Shown here piece after piece: positions 61,216 through 64,000 of a DNA stretch of 64,000 nucleotides (positions are counted from its first letter, which is position 1; each line of letters begins with the position of its first letter). The notes beneath the pieces are model-generated. The model saw only the letters and a program-made list of their open reading frames with translations, was not told the origin of the DNA and searched no databases. The DNA is from Lewinellaceae bacterium (lineage in GTDB: Bacteria > Bacteroidota > Bacteroidia > Chitinophagales > Saprospiraceae), in NCBI GenBank assembly GCA_020636075.1, contig JACJYO010000005.1, positions 2,926-66,925 of the forward strand, given 5' to 3'. The position numbers and the translations under genes are program-made.

Positions 61216-63633
61216 TTAGTGTTGCTGATCGCCTTTTGAAAAGGTATCGTTAGAAGAAAGCGACAATGCGGCTTTGATGGCCTTTATGTCGGCTGACAAT
61301 TGGTCATTTTGGGTTTTCAATATTTCCAGTTGGGTTAGCTGCGCCTCCAGTACGGCGATGCGTTTTTGCTGGGCATCAATAGTGGCTTGTTGGTCTTGCA
61401 CCGCTTTGACCAGCAAGGGCGTCAATTTGCCGTAATCCACCATCCAGGGGTCGGTGATGACATCATCGCCGCCTTTGGAGACTGCCGCTGGATACACCTT
61501 GTACAAATCCTGAGCGATAAAGCCGGTTTGTTGGCGACCCGGCTCGGTCCGGAACTCATAATCCTGCACTTCGATCTTCAGCAAGTCGGCAAGCGAGTAA
61601 GCCGTCGGCACGATATGCTGCTTGAGCCGCACATCGGAACTGGTACTGAAATTGATCGTGCTGGCGCCGTCTTGGCGAACCGTCCCGATCTCGGCACCGT
61701 CGGGCCGGTAAAAGGCTATGAAGCGGGAGTTGGCGCCGTTATTGTTATCCTTGCCCGCCTGGATTTTCAGGCCGTTGTAGCGGGTACTGTTGGTTGCATC
61801 GGTGGTGGTGTTTTTGATCGTCGCTACAAAATCGGTACTTGTGGAACCCGATGCGGCGCCTTCCACGTGCAGCCATGTTTCCGGGCTGGCTATTCCAATA
61901 CCGACATTGCCGGTGAAATCGGCACTGCCCGAAACACTCAACTTATTTGCCGGCGCGGTGGTGCCGATACCGACATTGCCGGTGAAATCGGCACTGCCCG
62001 AAACGCTCAAATTGTTGGCTGGCGCGGTGGTGCCGATGCCCATTTTTTCACTGCTGTGATCGAAGTAGAAATGCGTAGCGCTTCCGTCAGCGCTTCTGAA
62101 TTCTACCCGACCATCTGTATCTATAAAAAACCGTTTTGTGGGAGTACCACTTACATTTCGTAAACGAAGGTGCGTTGCCGCATCAGAGTTAGTGCCTTTA
62201 TCTTGTTGAAACTCCCAGGCACGAAGTGTATTAAACCTGATCAAGGTCAGGCCATCCAGATTACTATTCCCATCACCAACAATCAAACTATCTGCTCTGA
62301 TGGCTCTGCCATTCACAATATCGTTGTTGTTCATAACAAGTGCTTGCGTGGCAGTATGGTTGCCCAGATTATCGCCGGGCAGGGTGGATAAATTCACGCT
62401 GTTACCATTCTCGATGCTTAGCGTGGCGCCGCTGAGGCTGAGCGTTTGGTCGTCGGTACCGATGCTGGGCAGATTGACTGAGTTGCCATTCTCGATGCTC
62501 AGCGTGGTGCCGCTGAGGCTAAGCGTTTGGTTGTCGGGAATGCCTGTCAAGCCCGAGCCGTTGCCGACAAATGCCGCGGCGCTGACCGTGCCGGTGTTGT
62601 CAATACTTACCGTTTCGGTGGGGTTGCCGGAGCCGTCGATGGCCGTCACGAAACGTACCCCGCCGGTAGCGCGCACGGCAAACTCGTCGGCAGCTGCCGA
62701 GTTGAAGTTAACGTTGTTGTGATCGGAAAACAGAAAGGTGCCGTCGTGAGCAGCGTCGATCTTCGCACGACGACCGGCGGCCAGGCTGTAATCGCCACCG
62801 GCACTGTTCAGGCTGCCGCCGGGTACGGTAGAACTACGCCCGCCAGCGATGTTGTTCTCGCCGCCAGCCACTGTTGATGTAATAGCCGTTGCCATATTTC
62901 CTGTGCCACCACCGACTGTCGACCATGCACTCGTTGCGCTGTTAGCAAGTCCACCGGAGACAACGGCGCCACCACCGCTGGCAGTGTTGAGTATACCTCC
63001 ACCCACACTTGCACCTCCGGATGCGCTGTTATCTGTTCCACCGGAGACAACAGCGCCAAAGCCATTGGCTGTGTTGTTCAGGCCTCCACCGATGGTGGCA
63101 AATTCTGCTGAAATGGTATTTATATTACCGCTTATTCCACCGCCACTGATGGTCGCGCCGTAAGCTGTAGCCGCAACCGTATTGCCGCTAAAGCCACCGA
63201 TGATGTTCGGCGCCGGAGAGATTATTCCAAAGTCCGGATCGATTCCTTCCGCATATTCCAGGCGCAGCCCACGCGCATTATTCACGCGGAAATCCAGCGC
63301 CACGTTGTCGGTGGTGCCGATGAAATTCGTGCCGTCCACCGTGCCGGCATTGCCGCTCAGGTTCCAGCCGCTGATAAGCCGCACCCAACTGCCGCTGTCC
63401 CGGTACCAGAACGATTCGGTATCGGTATCGAATACCAGCAGGCCGGTAGCCGGGTTGGCAATAGCCGTGCGTTGGGCCGTAGTCATGCGGGGCACGAGCA
63501 TGCCCTTGTCGCTGCTTTTTACGTCGAGCATGGCCGAGGGGTCGGGGGCGGAGTTGTCCTGGTTGACGCTAACCTGGGCGGTCAATGGCGTGCTGAGGGT
63601 GACCAAAAAGAAGAATAGTATTTGGATGCGCAT
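61216..63633 (-). CDS. Exported tail-fibre-like protein, S74-type (first gene of the minus-strand array)
   Basis: The true start is probably MRIQILFFFLVTLSTPLTA|QVSVNQDNSAPDPSAMLDV (cat 63631-63633), because the ORF-track start at 63834 adds 67 implausible residues. SSDVRLKQHI (Ser codon 61636-61638). Confidence 0.85.
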   Translation of the reverse strand: MRIQILFFFLVTLSTPLTAQVSVNQDNSAPDPSAMLDVKSSDKGMLVPRMTTAQRTAIANPATGLLVFDTDTESFWYRDSGSWVRLISGWNLSGNAGTVDGTNFIGTTDNVALDFRVNNARGLRLEYAEGIDPDFGIISPAPNIIGGFSGNTVAATAYGATISGGGISGNINTISAEFATIGGGLNNTANGFGAVVSGGTDNSASGGASVGGGILNTASGGGAVVSGGLANSATSAWSTVGGGTGNMATAITSTVAGGENNIAGGRSSTVPGGSLNSAGGDYSLAAGRRAKIDAAHDGTFLFSDHNNVNFNSAAADEFAVRATGGVRFVTAIDGSGNPTETVSIDNTGTVSAAAFVGNGSGLTGIPDNQTLSLSGTTLSIENGNSVNLPSIGTDDQTLSLSGATLSIENGNSVNLSTLPGDNLGNHTATQALVMNNNDIVNGRAIRADSLIVGDGNSNLDGLTLIRFNTLRAWEFQQDKGTNSDAATHLRLRNVSGTPTKRFFIDTDGRVEFRSADGSATHFYFDHSSEKMGIGTTAPANNLSVSGSADFTGNVGIGTTAPANKLSVSGSADFTGNVGIGIASPETWLHVEGAASGSTSTDFVATIKNTTTDATNSTRYNGLKIQAGKDNNNGANSRFIAFYRPDGAEIGTVRQDGASTINFSTSSDVRLKQHIVPTAYSLADLLKIEVQDYEFRTEPGRQQTGFIAQDLYKVYPAAVSKGGDDVITDPWMVDYGKLTPLLVKAVQDQQATIDAQQKRIAVLEAQLTQLEILKTQNDQLSADIKAIKAALSLSSNDTFSKGDQQH

Positions 63634-63818
63634 AGTGCTATGATTTTGCTGTGCTTTTATAATAAACCGTAACTTCAGATAAGCAGGAGGCATATTGTTA
63701 TGAGATTCGCAGGAAGCGTATGCGCCATCGTTGCGGAGCTGCGCCGGAAGTGCGCTGTTCAGCAGGCCAAAGAAGCCGGTCCACCCGGTTGAATACAATT
63801 TTCGATCGTACCAGTGGG

Positions 63819-64000
63819 TCAATCCCGGACGCAACGGACGCTAAAGCCGTTCGACTTATTCTCTTCGGCGCGGATGACCTGCGCAGAATCGTAGAACAGT
63901 AGCCGGTACCAACCACCAGCGGATACACTGGACGACCAGAAGGTGGCGCTTCTGGCCTGATTGATGAACGGCCCGGTGGTGACGCGGAGCCCGGACGGCA
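63819..64000 (-). CDS. C-terminal end of a FISUMP-like (Fibrobacter succinogenes major paralogous domain) protein; 5' part outside the window
   Basis: Hand translation of the frame ending at TGA (tca 63819-63821): ...GLRVTTGPFINQARSATFWSSSVSAGGWYRLLFYDSAQVIRAEENKSNGFSVRCVRD*. The terminal G(F/Y)SVRCV(K/R)D is typical of that family. Confidence 0.5.
   Translation of the reverse strand, partial: PSGLRVTTGPFINQARSATFWSSSVSAGGWYRLLFYDSAQVIRAEENKSNGFSVRCVRD

Noticed and set aside
6323-63633. Prophage or phage remnant, suggested by the tail-fibre-type S74/G2 modules
   Set aside because: No capsid, portal, terminase, tail tube/sheath, baseplate, lysis, integrase or repressor genes appear anywhere in the 64 kb. 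All fibre genes carry Sec signal peptides, and they are interleaved with T9SS cargo and two-component genes.
63698-63928. 76-aa ORF and the 201-nt 5' extension of ORF 61216-63834
   Set aside because: The extension (MRPGLTHWYDRK...) precedes an obvious signal peptide starting at 63633. The 76-aa ORF is Arg/Ser-rich, and a different frame gives a convincing FISUMP-like C-terminus ending at 63819.

Overview
Bacteroidota-type chromosomal segment, judged from T9SS C-terminal sorting domains, Gln at +1 after almost every signal peptide, propeller/Y_Y_Y hybrid sensors and an ECF-FecR-STN/TonB module. About three quarters of the 64 kb belongs to one expanded accessory family. It comprises 10 large exported Gly/Asn/Thr/Ser-rich 'fibre' genes built like phage tail fibres or trimeric adhesins. 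Each has a conserved ~70-aa N-module, a ~318-aa YadA-head-like unit in 1-3 copies or other beta-helix repeats, and LSLSGxTLSIxxGNSVxL stalk repeats. Most end in one of two alternative C-terminal autoproteolytic intramolecular-chaperone modules (Peptidase_S74-like or Peptidase_G2-like). Each fibre, or the minus-strand fibre array, is followed by a T9SS-sorted partner gene (6 copies) carrying a family-specific domain plus dockerin-like/cohesin-like or HYR-like modules. No phage structural, replication or integration gene is present. Other genes: ECF sigma, FecR anti-sigma and a partial TonB receptor; a T9SS protein made of an unfamiliar 4-Cys ~51-aa repeat; an orphan OmpR-type response regulator; an HTCS with AraC output; a hybrid kinase with HPt; an AT-rich FAD-oxidase-like gene; a small membrane protein; and a partial FISUMP-like gene at the right edge. 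Non-coding signals: 21-bp-phased direct repeats upstream of five fibre genes, decayed AraC-HTH gene ends upstream of two of them, a perfect 20-bp inverted repeat bracketing 122 bp ahead of one partner gene, and long REP-like hairpins. Three partners and one fibre tail carry single frameshifts, and one fibre is multiply disrupted; these may be real decay or assembly indels. All functional calls come from motif recognition by eye and hand translation, because no database search was possible.
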